From the IMG/VR virus record IMGVR_UViG_3300037313_000819, positions 1 through 43,462 of that record: DNA of 43,462 nt, one strand, 5' to 3'. The notes beneath the pieces were generated by a model. It saw only the letters and a program-made list of their open reading frames with translations, was not told the DNA's origin and did no database searches. Position numbers and translations under genes: made by a program. This document shows, one piece after another, positions 25,576 to 35,150 of this stretch. The stretch is from a virus (taxonomy: Duplodnaviria > Caudoviricetes). Numbering within the stretch: the stretch's first letter is position 1; every line of letters begins with the position of its first letter.

Positions 25576-25691
25576 CCCCGCCCTCCATCCAAGGACTGAT
25601 ACATGCCAGAATGGATCCAGCTTTTGCTAGTGCTGCTCGGTGCCATTGCGCTTCACTTTGTCTTCGGTGATGCAGCTCTAGGAGATCAACC

Positions 25692-25901
25692 ATGACGGAT
25701 ACGGTAGAGCGCGACGCTGACTTTCTCGAAGGCTATTTGGACGGTCGCGACCCGAACGCGCCAGAGCCAAGTGCCAACCGATCGCATTCTTATCGGCACT
25801 CATTCGCCGTGGGCCGTGCCGAATTGGCAAACGATCCAATCCCGGCCTGCGTTTCGCGACTTGCCGCGATCGATGCGGCGACCAAGGGTCATGCGGCATG
25901 A
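25692..25901 (+). CDS. Hypothetical protein
   Basis: EGYLDG....PEPS.NRSHSYRHSF..GR; SD AGGAG. Confidence 0.7.
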   Translation: MTDTVERDADFLEGYLDGRDPNAPEPSANRSHSYRHSFAVGRAELANDPIPACVSRLAAIDAATKGHAA

Positions 25902-25941
25902 TCCTCTCCCCTACCCCGTCGCCGATAGGAGATAGATACCC

Positions 25942-26235
25942 TCATTCCCCAAGCATCGCCTTCACCCACCCCGGCAACGGAGGTGGGTTCTTACGACGAT
26001 CGCGCGTACCGCCCACGCCCCACTCCAAGCCGAGCTTGATCCGCGGCCGCTTACCACACTTCCGGCAAATCATCCGCCGCTCGGCATCCGCTATGGTCGC
26101 TTCGGTTCCGAGCAGCTCGAGCAGATAGCCAGGCTTGGCCACCTTCAGCGACGTGCAGCCGCAATGGAGCTGGAGCTCCACGCGGTGCTCGACAAGGTCG
26201 GCTATTCGGCCAGGGTGTTCTTCAGGCGTAGGCAA
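25942..26235 (-). CDS. Small Zn-ribbon protein
   Basis: HCGC...CRKCG; last gene of the minus-strand arm. Confidence 0.6.
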   Translation of the reverse strand: MPTPEEHPGRIADLVEHRVELQLHCGCTSLKVAKPGYLLELLGTEATIADAERRMICRKCGKRPRIKLGLEWGVGGTRDRRKNPPPLPGWVKAMLGE

Positions 26236-26920
26236 CCCTCACCCGGCGCCTGCGCATCATCCCGCCGGCTAGTCCAAAGCCTCCCAGCATCATCGCCCAG
26301 GCAGCGGGCTCGGGGACAGGGGCGTTCGGGTCAACCGGGTCAATCGGCTCGACATAGACCGTGATCGGAGGCTCGGTGCCGGTGACGGAGAAGCCGGTCA
26401 GGCTGAACGAGTAAAGAGCCGTGCCTTCCGTCGCACCCACAGTGACATAGTAAAACGGCGGCCTTGGCGTCGCGGAAAGCAAATCAGGGATGGCATTCCC
26501 GTTCAGGCTGGTGGGAATGAATTGAAGCGACGCCGAGACGACGCCAGCATCATCAGTCGTGCCGACAGAGGCGTTGATCAAGGAAATGCCGACGAACGGA
26601 TTCCCACCGGTATCGGACAGAAACAGGTTGCTCTGTTGGTCGGCGCCCAGCAGCGGCATGTTGATCCCGTTGACCGAGGTGCTGAGCATGTGCCCGAAAT
26701 ACTGGAGTGCGAAGCCGGTCGCCTCAAGATGCCGCTCGCCGCGGTCTAGCATGAAGGATACGGAATAGGTTATGTTGGTGCCGTAGGTTGCGAGGACGCC
26801 GCTGACATCCCCGCTGTCGCCGGCCGGATTATAGACCCCGGTACCGGAGATCGAGACGGTGTATTGCGCCTGTGCGGGCACGGCCAAAGTCAGGGCAAAA
26901 GCCCCAATAATCCAACGCAT
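26222..26920 (-). CDS. PEPxxWA-CTERM exosortase-target surface protein
   Basis: Signal peptide (..AVPAQA) and C-terminal VPEPAAWAMMLGGFGLAGGMMRRRR. Confidence 0.92.
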   Translation of the reverse strand: MRWIIGAFALTLAVPAQAQYTVSISGTGVYNPAGDSGDVSGVLATYGTNITYSVSFMLDRGERHLEATGFALQYFGHMLSTSVNGINMPLLGADQQSNLFLSDTGGNPFVGISLINASVGTTDDAGVVSASLQFIPTSLNGNAIPDLLSATPRPPFYYVTVGATEGTALYSFSLTGFSVTGTEPPITVYVEPIDPVDPNAPVPEPAAWAMMLGGFGLAGGMMRRRRVRVAYA

Positions 26921-27006
26921 TTGAAATCCCCTCTTCTGATTCGCAGAGGGGAATATCTGCCTAACCGCGCATTAAGTCGAATCGCGATCCAGCGGCTTTG
27001 GTCCGA

Positions 27007-29619
27007 TTACTGGACAACCCCGCCGACTGGGGACGAAGCGGTGACCGGGTTGCCGTTCAAATCATAGGGAACTAGCGGCTGAACACCAACCGTCAACGCG
27101 CCGCCGCTGAGCACATTCGTAACCGGGTCCATGGTGGCGCTTCCGACTTGACCGGCGCCATGCGGGTCGGTGCCGGTCATGAACTGGACTCGCTGGATAT
27201 AGAGGCCCTCCGACCGCGCGGGAAAAGTCGTGTCGGAATAGATCTGGCCCATGGCCGAGAAAACCATCTTGAAGTTCCGATATCCCGTCGCGTTGCTGCC
27301 GGAAGTTGGCGGCGTCACCAGGGCATTTCTGAACCCCAACGTGCTGAGGGCGGCCGTTTGGCGCCCAGTCACGGTGATGTGCGCGATGACCATGTTCTTG
27401 CAGCCCGACGAGAACTGCCCGAACTCGTCGCCACCGAAGCCGGGCGACGCCGGATCGTTGGTGAAGCTGGTCTTCCTGAAGCGCGAAGAATAGACAGCCA
27501 GTCCATCCCAGGTCTTGGTCCGCATGCACGCGCGTGGGGTGGCCTGAGGGGCGCTATAGGCTTCTTTCAGGCGTCCGAACTGCGTAGCTGTACCGTCGCC
27601 GTCCATCAGGCGAGCCTCGCCGATCTGCGGCCCGGCGAGCAGACGGACAGAATCGCCGTCGCGCCACGTCTGGGATGTGCCAAGCGTTACATCCTTGTCA
27701 TCGGCGCCGCCTGTGGAAATCGTCGTGAATGCTGGCGAGAAATCGGTGCCCGGCGCCTGGATAAGGAACGCCTGGGTGTACGGCCCGATCGGGTCATAGC
27801 GGGTGGCGACCATGTTACGCGGTCCGCGCGTTCCAACCCCGATCACGCCCTGAAGCTGGAACGCGTCGGAGTGCCAGATGACATAGGAGCGCACCTTGTC
27901 GCCGGCCGTGAGGAGCGCGCTCCAGTCCCCAGTGATGGTGCTGGTCTTGGCGGTGTTATCCTGCCCGACGCAGGCGGCCACCAGGCCCTTGTTCGTGCCG
28001 GCGACGATCTGGCAGGCGGTATCCGGGCGCGGTGTGCTGGGCAGGCCGTGTGCAGTCAGCGTCGGCGAGCCGCTATAGGTGATGACGGTGCGATTCGTGC
28101 CGGAATTGTAGACCGCCGTGGCGACGGTCAACTCCGTCTCCAGGTGATAGCGCTGCTGGAACGATCGGGTCGACGTCGGGTAATAGCCGTCGATCACCAC
28201 ATTATCGTAGAAATCGGTCTCGGCCGATCCGCCGCCGGTCGCCATCGCGTCGGTGGAGTAGAGCCCGGTGACGTTGCGATAGAGGTAGGCGCCGAGGATA
28301 TGGTAGTTCTCGAAATAGCATTCCTCGAGATAGGTCCGCGCTCCGTTGGCCGCCGGAAAGAGGACGCCAACGCCATCGACCGCGCCGGCAGTGACGTTGT
28401 AGCCGATATCGTAGCCGTTCGCGTCGACCGGGCCATTCGGACCGTTCGGGTCGACCAGCCGACAGCCGACGAATCTCGTCGAGCACGGGTTGCCCGACCC
28501 GTTGATGGTCATGATCTTGCTGAGATCGATCGTCATCCCGAAGAAGTGGCCGCGGGTCATGCGGATGTTCCAGAGACCGCCGTTCAGCGTCTGCCTGGCG
28601 CTGCGCGTGACAACGATCTGGCTTGGAAGGACGCCAGCGGCTGGCCGGAACTCGACGGCGCGCGTCTGGGTGGTGAGCGCGCCGGAATTGCTGTCCTCGA
28701 CATAGGTGCCTGCGGCCACTTCGATGAGCGCGCCATCGAGCGTCGATATCTCCGCCTTGAGCAGGGATTTCCATGCATTGCCGGTACCCGGCAGATTGCC
28801 AATGTTGCTGTCGCTGCCGTTGGTGTAATCGACAAAGAATTTCGCCCGCTTCAGCCAGATGCGCGTGCTCGAGCTTGCCGGCGGCGCACTGCTATAGGTG
28901 ACCGCAGTCGACGCGTTGGTGAGCGTGACGGTGCGCGATACGCGCGAGGCCGCCGCCGAGAAGAAGCCGGTATAAGTCCCGCTGGCACCGGTCCAAGGCG
29001 CGGTCAACGTGCCAGTGGTGCCCGATGGGGTGGCGGTGACATCGATGCCGACCGGATCGAGCGAGCGATCGACATTGTTGACCAGCGGAATGGAGATGCG
29101 CCGTTCCAGGCCATGGTCGCCGCGCAGGTAGCAATACAGGACCATGTCGCCGGCAGTCGCGTTGCCGGGCGCCAGGCCGGTGCCCGGGATGATCTCGGCG
29201 GCGAAACCGATCGAGCCCTGCGGAGCGACGGTGCCATCGTGCAATGTGACCGGGGTATTGTTCACTGACCAGTCGGTGACGGTGACGGTATTGCCCTCGC
29301 AATAGAACACCGCCTCCTTGAAATAGTTGATCGTGTCCGTCGCCGGATCCTGCGGGGGCAAGCCCACCGCCGAGACCTTGATGCCGGTGCCGTGGATCCA
29401 CGCGCCCGGCGCCAACGCGAAACCGCCGATAAACTTCTCGTCCTGCACCAGCGTGCCGAGCGGCGTCGCACTTTCGGCGGGGGCAGTGCCGCCGCTGCCC
29501 GCTGCGCCGGTCCAGGCGTCGCCAGGGCCGATTTGCGCGAAGGTCGGCGTGGGCGTAGGAGTGCCGCCCCCGCCGCACTGGGTCCAGAGGCCTAGACCGA
29601 GACCAAGGGGGCCGCTCAT
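27007..29619 (-). CDS. Large fibre/depolymerase-like protein (beta-helix-like)
   Basis: 870 aa G/T-rich; GLGLGL N-terminus; FVD...GSDSN.G......AWKSL..A and HSDAFQ motifs. Confidence 0.65.
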   Translation of the reverse strand: MSGPLGLGLGLWTQCGGGGTPTPTPTFAQIGPGDAWTGAAGSGGTAPAESATPLGTLVQDEKFIGGFALAPGAWIHGTGIKVSAVGLPPQDPATDTINYFKEAVFYCEGNTVTVTDWSVNNTPVTLHDGTVAPQGSIGFAAEIIPGTGLAPGNATAGDMVLYCYLRGDHGLERRISIPLVNNVDRSLDPVGIDVTATPSGTTGTLTAPWTGASGTYTGFFSAAASRVSRTVTLTNASTAVTYSSAPPASSSTRIWLKRAKFFVDYTNGSDSNIGNLPGTGNAWKSLLKAEISTLDGALIEVAAGTYVEDSNSGALTTQTRAVEFRPAAGVLPSQIVVTRSARQTLNGGLWNIRMTRGHFFGMTIDLSKIMTINGSGNPCSTRFVGCRLVDPNGPNGPVDANGYDIGYNVTAGAVDGVGVLFPAANGARTYLEECYFENYHILGAYLYRNVTGLYSTDAMATGGGSAETDFYDNVVIDGYYPTSTRSFQQRYHLETELTVATAVYNSGTNRTVITYSGSPTLTAHGLPSTPRPDTACQIVAGTNKGLVAACVGQDNTAKTSTITGDWSALLTAGDKVRSYVIWHSDAFQLQGVIGVGTRGPRNMVATRYDPIGPYTQAFLIQAPGTDFSPAFTTISTGGADDKDVTLGTSQTWRDGDSVRLLAGPQIGEARLMDGDGTATQFGRLKEAYSAPQATPRACMRTKTWDGLAVYSSRFRKTSFTNDPASPGFGGDEFGQFSSGCKNMVIAHITVTGRQTAALSTLGFRNALVTPPTSGSNATGYRNFKMVFSAMGQIYSDTTFPARSEGLYIQRVQFMTGTDPHGAGQVGSATMDPVTNVLSGGALTVGVQPLVPYDLNGNPVTASSPVGGVVQ

Positions 29620-30140
29620 TTCATGTTCCCATTCACTTCGATCTTGGCTTGGCGCTCAACCCATGTGATCAGCTCATCGAGTTGGATGCCCTGCTCCGTC
29701 GCCTTCAGTCTTTCGGCGATAGAAAATCCGTCTGCGGGCGCTTGAGCAGATCCGCTGGGGGCAATGGGTACGGCGGGCAGTTGCGCTGCTCCGGAAGGAC
29801 GGGGATTGGCTTGGGCATCGAGGCGCAGCTTGAGAGCATCAGCACGGCGCCGAGCATCGGCCAGACGAGCTTCGTAGTCATTGGACACCTCTTGTGTGAT
29901 TTGCTGCTGTTCGGATTTCACCCTCTGAGCGTTCGCCAGATCGTCGGCATGAGCCTTCGCGGCGGCTGCGCGGTAGTCGGCGACCGTCTTGTCAAATGCC
30001 GCCTGTGTGGCTTCCTGGCGCTTCTGCCAGTGCCTTGCGTCGGACTTTGCAATGAGCAGCGCCACGGTGAGCGCGAGGATGACCGCGCCGCCGAGAAGGG
30101 CTTTCCAGTGCTTGAGGGCGAAGGTGAGCGCTTCAGCCAT
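29616..30140 (-). CDS. Inner-membrane spanin (Rz-like)
   Basis: N-terminal TM plus coiled coil; contains an embedded lipoprotein gene. Confidence 0.8.
   Translation of the reverse strand: MAEALTFALKHWKALLGGAVILALTVALLIAKSDARHWQKRQEATQAAFDKTVADYRAAAAKAHADDLANAQRVKSEQQQITQEVSNDYEARLADARRRADALKLRLDAQANPRPSGAAQLPAVPIAPSGSAQAPADGFSIAERLKATEQGIQLDELITWVERQAKIEVNGNMK
29705..29881 (-). CDS. Outer-membrane spanin (Rz1-like lipoprotein), embedded in Rz
   Basis: Manual: MTTKLVWPMLGAVLMLSSC-ASMPKPIPVLPEQRNCPPYPLPPADLLKRP...; lipobox LSSC, Pro-rich, SD GAGGTG. Confidence 0.8.
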   Translation of the reverse strand: MTTKLVWPMLGAVLMLSSCASMPKPIPVLPEQRNCPPYPLPPADLLKRPQTDFLSPKD

Positions 30141-30339
30141 TCCGGCTCCCCTGATTTACGGTGTCGGCGTTCTCGACGTTCGAAGCCGGGTTCTTCGGGC
30201 GGAAGGTGCCCAACACGCCGATGAGGCCGGTCATGATTGCGAGGTCAGCGGGCTTGCCGGTGAAGGCGCCGAGCGCGGACAGGACCACCAGCGCAATGAT
30301 GATAGCGAGGAAGGCGACGAGATTTTCGCGCTCGGTCAT
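30133..30339 (-). CDS. Putative holin
   Basis: 68 aa, two TM segments, between endolysin and spanin. Confidence 0.65.
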   Translation of the reverse strand: MTERENLVAFLAIIIALVVLSALGAFTGKPADLAIMTGLIGVLGTFRPKNPASNVENADTVNQGSRNG

Positions 30340-30911
30340 GCCCAGCCCCCGTCACGCAAAGCTCGCTCGAATGCCTGCGCATAGTCCTCAACCAGATCGG
30401 CCTTGTCGCGCCCATTGATGATCGTCCGCGCGTTCATGTACTGCGTGCGAGTGGCGACGCCTTGAGCGGGCAGAACCGCAGCAAACGAGACGCCGGTGAA
30501 CCAGCCCTCCACCATGCCACGGCGCATGATGAAGGCGGCAATATCGGCGCGCATCGCCAGTTCGGGATTGGCGACCAGTTCGCCGGCCGTGATCAGGCCA
30601 GCTTTGGCAAGCTCTTCGTCGGCCTTGGCGTAGTTGTAGTCCCAGGTGATCTGGACATAGCCCCGGCCATAATGCGGGTAATAGCGCAGGTGGGTCTTGC
30701 GCCAATCCTCGCTCAGCCAATAGGCCTCGCGCACCGGCTGCATGGTCTTGTTCGTCTCGTGCCATGCAGTCGCCAGCATGTAGGACGCCCACGCCAGCGG
30801 GAGGCCATTGGCGGCGGCGAGGACGGTTTCGATGCCCGACACTTGCGCGGTCTTGAGCGGCCCGAGCTTGTTGCGCACGGTGGCGAAGAACAGGGATTTG
30901 TCGAGGGTCAT
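30336..30911 (-). CDS. Endolysin (GH19/lysozyme-like)
   Basis: YMLATAWHET..MQPVRE, YGRGYVQITWDYNY, ARTIING.D.A. Confidence 0.88.
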   Translation of the reverse strand: MTLDKSLFFATVRNKLGPLKTAQVSGIETVLAAANGLPLAWASYMLATAWHETNKTMQPVREAYWLSEDWRKTHLRYYPHYGRGYVQITWDYNYAKADEELAKAGLITAGELVANPELAMRADIAAFIMRRGMVEGWFTGVSFAAVLPAQGVATRTQYMNARTIINGRDKADLVEDYAQAFERALRDGGWA

Positions 30912-31315
30912 TGACTGCCTCCGGAAGCTTGGGGGAGCGAGCGGATCGCATCGGCGATGACGCGCTGGCCGCTGATGTGAGACGCCTGATTCTCCCGGCG
31001 CATGCCGTCGATGATCCCGTGCAGTTCGGTGATTTCGGCGCGCAGCAGGTCTATCTTTTCGTCGCGCTTGGCCGTCTCGATGCGCAGCGCGTCGATCTTG
31101 TCATCTCGCGCCCGGACTTCGCCGCGAAGGTCCTTCACCTCGTGGCGCAGCGCCGCCATTTCTTCGATGAATTCCTTGCGCAGCCCAGCGTTCTCTTCGA
31201 TCGTGAGGCGTCGGTTTGCGAGGCGATTCCGCAGAATGAGACCGATCAGGACCGTCAGCGCACCAGCGTTGAGGATCGGAAACATCTTTAGGAGAAGGGC
31301 GTAACTAGTCTCCAC
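30908..31315 (-). CDS. TM plus coiled-coil protein (lysis-associated)
   Basis: One TM then heptad repeats; GTG start. Confidence 0.65.
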   Translation of the reverse strand: METSYALLLKMFPILNAGALTVLIGLILRNRLANRRLTIEENAGLRKEFIEEMAALRHEVKDLRGEVRARDDKIDALRIETAKRDEKIDLLRAEITELHGIIDGMRRENQASHISGQRVIADAIRSLPQASGGSQ

Positions 31316-31788
31316 TAGCCGCGTCCTCCCTTGCCTGAGCCCATAAGGCGAGGCAGCGCAGCAGCAAAGCGTGCGCGCCGATCAGCGCCAAGGCGGCGCC
31401 ACAACCTTCCAGCGCCGTCATAGCCGAGCCAAATAGCCACAACCCAGAGCTGCGCCCACGCCCCATAGTGCAACGCATACCAGTAATAGTAATCGCTCCA
31501 CGGAGATGCTCCCACCCAAGCTCGGGCCGCGTGCGCGATCAGTTCGTAGGCGTAGAGGCACGCCACTATGATCTGCCAGCGAGTTAGCGGAATGCAGAGA
31601 ATTAGGGCGGCGGCAACGTAATCAACGAGCGCCATCGCCGCCCAATTGAATTGGGTGTGCGAGACCTGAGCGACCCACGTGTTCAGCCCCCAATTCGCCA
31701 GGAGCAAAGCAGCCGTCCACGTCAGGCGCCATTCCCGAATGAGAATGGACCCGAGGACTATGATGCTCAGGGCGAGCCACAGCGTCAT
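31315..31788 (-). CDS. Polytopic membrane protein
   Basis: About five hydrophobic, W/Y-rich segments. Confidence 0.7.
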   Translation of the reverse strand: MTLWLALSIIVLGSILIREWRLTWTAALLLANWGLNTWVAQVSHTQFNWAAMALVDYVAAALILCIPLTRWQIIVACLYAYELIAHAARAWVGASPWSDYYYWYALHYGAWAQLWVVAIWLGYDGAGRLWRRLGADRRARFAAALPRLMGSGKGGRG

Positions 31789-31916
31789 CAGTCGACCGGC
31801 GGCGGAGGGGGAGGTCCGTTATCGCCGCTCAGCGTGCTGGCGTACCAAGGCTCGTACACCTCCTTGACCCAGCAGCGATAGTGATCGTGTTTCTTCTCTT
31901 CAGGCTCGGTAGCCAT
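31788..31916 (-). CDS. 42-aa peptide with poly-Pro tail
   Basis: Manual: MATEPEEKKHDHYRCWVKEVYEPWYASTLSGDNGPPPPPPVD; SD AAGGAG; stop overlaps next ATG. Confidence 0.65.
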   Translation of the reverse strand: MATEPEEKKHDHYRCWVKEVYEPWYASTLSGDNGPPPPPPVD

Positions 31917-31931
31917 GGTCATTCTCCTTGG

Positions 31932-34157
31932 TTAGGCAGTAAGCGGGAATTGGATCGCGCTGAGATCCACATATGTCGACGTGGGAAAGCCGTAGATCGA
32001 CATCTCTCCAGTGGAGAGATCGAGGTTGATGAAGCCGTTTTCAGCAGCGTTCTGCGACACCACGCGGAAGCGCAGCACCCGGCTGCGGCGGACATAAGCC
32101 GGCAAGGTCGCAATCACCGTGCCATCGGTGTGCGTCGCGCCGCCCGTGTCGTTGATCACGCCGGAAAGCCACACGGTCCCGTTCGCAGAAATCTGAAGCG
32201 TTGGCTGTTCGATTGTGGCAGTCCAGCCGTTCTGCGGCGTCAGGCCCTGCGAAGCCAGCTCGAGCGTGCGCTTGGGGAACCGGGTCCCCAATATCGCATA
32301 AGCGATGGCCTGCCCGCGGATGCGGTTTGCCAGCGATGTCTGGTGGATGTTGTCGAACTGCCAGGGATCGCCCTGCCCAACGAGATTAGGCGACAGCGAG
32401 GCATTGACGTAGTTCGCGACCACGGGGCCAGACAGCAGCGTTTCGTCGAGAAGCTTGATCCCGTTATCGGCACAGTAGCGGCGGATGACTTCGCGATAGG
32501 GCGCGGCAAGCTGGTAGTTCGCCGATGCCTGCCCCTCCCCCGCACCGGCCTGTCCCTGAGTATACCAGAGGTCAAAGATGCTGAACGAGACGCTGCATCC
32601 GTTGCCGACAACATATGCCTTCATCGCAGTGATGTTGCTCAGGAACGTTGGAAGCGAGCCCAACCCCTGCGCATCGTTGGTGCCGATGTTGATATGGACG
32701 TGATTGTAGGAGCCAAGGCTCGTCGCGGTCAGCGCCGCAAGCTGCGCCGTGGAATCATCGCCGCCCACCGCGATGTTGTCCCACTTGTAACAGCGGACTC
32801 CCAAGCTTAGATCCAACGCCTGCCGAGCATAATCTACCCAGCAGCCGTCCCGCGGCATGCCCCGGCTATCACCAGAAGACAGGACTGAAAGGAACTGCCC
32901 CGAACTGCGCGGAAGGTCTTTGCCCAGGACATGCTGCCCCCAGGTGATGCTATCGGCATTGGCATTGGCATACATCCCGAAGCCCGCATCGGAGATGATC
33001 CCAGGCACCGTGACACGGTCCACCAGCACGCCATTGTAATAGATCGAATAGGTGTTCCACGTCTCGATTTCGATCGCCCAGCCCGAGTATTGAGGCTGAT
33101 AACTCGCATGCGTCCCTGCGGGAAAACCGGTGAAGCCGAGCGCGTCGCTGGTTCCCGCAACACCGGTCAGCTTGGTAATGCGATTGATCGCGGGGCTGCT
33201 GTCCGTTTCCGCGGAAACTCCTGAAAAGCCGCCTTCGTGGCGCACTATGGCGGCGATCAATGGAGTCCCTGTATTGACCTGCGGAATAGCGAAATAGCGC
33301 TGCCCCGGAAGGACGCGCGTAAAGCCCATGTGATAGAAGCCGTCAGTCAAAGCGACGGCGCGGGTGAAGCTATCGGGTGTTGAGGAGGTGAAGGTGTCCG
33401 CCACCCAGCTATCGGAACCATTCCATGCGACATAAAGCGGCTGGACTATCGCACTGTCGTTCGCCGTCACGCTCTGCCAGGCCGAATGGTCCAGGTCGTT
33501 TCCGGCAAGGAACAGGTATTTCGCATTCCCAACCGGATTGCTCTCGGGGTAGCTCCAATATTCGGAGTTGATGTCCCGGAGCAGATGCCTAGTAGGCCGT
33601 TCGTAACGGACCATGCCGCCGGCAAGGGACTGGACATCGCTGGAGGCCGCATGCGAGATCGTGGTGGCTGGATCAACGTCTATCGTCACGTCATCCATAC
33701 TGCCATCGGCCTGCCATGCGCTGGCGAGTTTATAGGTACCGTCCTCGCCAAGCCGGTATGGAAACCGAATGCGTACGGCTCCGTCATTGATCGCTGAGGC
33801 AAGCGCTACCGTGGTGTCGGTGGCATTGTTGGGGATCGCGCCGTAGTCTGTCACCGATACGGTATCGAGCAACTCGCTCTCACCCATTCCAACGTACTGA
33901 TAACGAAACAGAAAGGTGATTGAGTCGGTTGAGTAAATATCAAAATGATAGCGGCCAGGCTCTACATAGAAGGACGCATTGCCGCTAACGTCGGTTTTCA
34001 CCATATCGGCGACACCAGAAATCGTGGAAATGGGCGTGCCGCTATCGTCGGAATAGATGCTGACCACAGCCTGCGTCGCCGGATCGATCACGCGACCATA
34101 GAACCCTGCGAATGTGCCCCCCTTCGGGTTAATAAGGGCCTCATAGTAGTGGTACAT
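31932..34157 (-). CDS. Tailspike/receptor-binding protein with SGNH hydrolase domain
   Basis: Start MYHYYEAL; VSVTDYGA; GDS, G, IGTND, DNIH blocks. Confidence 0.85.
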   Translation of the reverse strand: MYHYYEALINPKGGTFAGFYGRVIDPATQAVVSIYSDDSGTPISTISGVADMVKTDVSGNASFYVEPGRYHFDIYSTDSITFLFRYQYVGMGESELLDTVSVTDYGAIPNNATDTTVALASAINDGAVRIRFPYRLGEDGTYKLASAWQADGSMDDVTIDVDPATTISHAASSDVQSLAGGMVRYERPTRHLLRDINSEYWSYPESNPVGNAKYLFLAGNDLDHSAWQSVTANDSAIVQPLYVAWNGSDSWVADTFTSSTPDSFTRAVALTDGFYHMGFTRVLPGQRYFAIPQVNTGTPLIAAIVRHEGGFSGVSAETDSSPAINRITKLTGVAGTSDALGFTGFPAGTHASYQPQYSGWAIEIETWNTYSIYYNGVLVDRVTVPGIISDAGFGMYANANADSITWGQHVLGKDLPRSSGQFLSVLSSGDSRGMPRDGCWVDYARQALDLSLGVRCYKWDNIAVGGDDSTAQLAALTATSLGSYNHVHINIGTNDAQGLGSLPTFLSNITAMKAYVVGNGCSVSFSIFDLWYTQGQAGAGEGQASANYQLAAPYREVIRRYCADNGIKLLDETLLSGPVVANYVNASLSPNLVGQGDPWQFDNIHQTSLANRIRGQAIAYAILGTRFPKRTLELASQGLTPQNGWTATIEQPTLQISANGTVWLSGVINDTGGATHTDGTVIATLPAYVRRSRVLRFRVVSQNAAENGFINLDLSTGEMSIYGFPTSTYVDLSAIQFPLTA

Positions 34158-34159
34158 GC

Positions 34160-34603
34160 TTAGCCCTCGTTCGTGAATGTGCAGGGACAAGAGGCGTTGG
34201 CGGTCTGGCCGAGACTGTCGGTGACGGTGACCTGCAACGTGGATTCGTATTGCGTGCCCGGCGGGATGCTCTGAAAGACTGCGGTGCTCGCGCTGGCAGG
34301 CGTTCCGATCGATGGCGCGGGGCCGAAGTCGGGATTTGCAACCCAAGCATAGGTATAGGGAGCCAAGCCACCCGCTGGGGTAGCCGACAGGTAAACGGTC
34401 CCCACAGTCGGAATGTGGCTGAAGACGATAGCGGATGCCGAGACCGGCGAGACTGTAACCGTCAACGGATCAAGGAACCGCGCCGCGGTTTCCCACGCGC
34501 CGTCGATATAGACCATCCGGTGGGTAACACGGCGCCAAGCGCTTCCTATGAAGACGTAGCGCCGCGAGACCTCGTGCCACGCACCGCCGAGGAAAATCTT
34601 CAT
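34160..34603 (-). CDS. Tail-associated protein (Ig-like C-terminus)
   Basis: G.W repeats, GG.APYTYAW, VTVTDS.G. Confidence 0.7.
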   Translation of the reverse strand: MKIFLGGAWHEVSRRYVFIGSAWRRVTHRMVYIDGAWETAARFLDPLTVTVSPVSASAIVFSHIPTVGTVYLSATPAGGLAPYTYAWVANPDFGPAPSIGTPASASTAVFQSIPPGTQYESTLQVTVTDSLGQTANASCPCTFTNEG

Positions 34604-34929
34604 GTGTAGAAATTCACCACACGGCCTTCTGCCCCGGTGGGCAGAGACGAGCCTTCGGGCAGAAAATACTCCTGCCCATCGGTCAACGCCGTGCTGACAT
34701 TGTGCCGATAAGCACCCCGGGTCGATCTCGTGATATCGCCCGTGAAGATGCCGCCGGTAAGAGGCATGCCAGCGGGGATCGCGGCGACGGTATTGGACAT
34801 CGCCTTGCCGTCCGCCATGAGCTGGCGGAAAGCGCCGTTGATGTTTCCGGCCGGACAGTTCTCTGCAACGTTTATCCCGGCGATTGTGACGTTCAGCCCC
34901 GGTGTAAGGGAGTAATCGGAGAAGGCCAT
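34600..34929 (-). CDS. Tail protein
   Basis: YS.TP..N..IAGIN.AENC...NIN.AFRQLMAD. Confidence 0.75.
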   Translation of the reverse strand: MAFSDYSLTPGLNVTIAGINVAENCPAGNINGAFRQLMADGKAMSNTVAAIPAGMPLTGGIFTGDITRSTRGAYRHNVSTALTDGQEYFLPEGSSLPTGAEGRVVNFYT

Positions 34930-34973
34930 GCGGGGTCCTTTCCCAAGAGCAGTGCTCGTGGTATTTCGGTTGA

Positions 34974-35150
34974 ATGCGAACTTTGATCTTGGGGCTGCTG
35001 GCCCTTACCGTGGCTGGCTGCGACACGGCGACCTATGAGGGCAGCGCCGGAGGCAACGAGACGTACTACGTTCTCAACAAGAAGACGGGCGAAGTGCGGA
35101 AGTGCGACAAATCAGGTTGCGGAGTTGCCCAAGCTCCAGTGACTAAATAG
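34974..35150 (+). CDS. Small lipoprotein moron (58 aa)
   Basis: Manual: MRTLILGLLALTVAGC-DTATYEGSAGGNETYYVLNKKTGEVRKC...; lipobox VAGC; opposite strand. Confidence 0.75.
   Translation: MRTLILGLLALTVAGCDTATYEGSAGGNETYYVLNKKTGEVRKCDKSGCGVAQAPVTK

Noticed and set aside
26921-27006. Sigma-54 promoter for the PEP-CTERM gene
   Set aside because: No convincing TGGCAC-N5-TTGC match found upstream
27148-29268. 706-aa plus-strand ORF
   Set aside because: Antisense shadow of the 870-aa gene, no recognisable motifs
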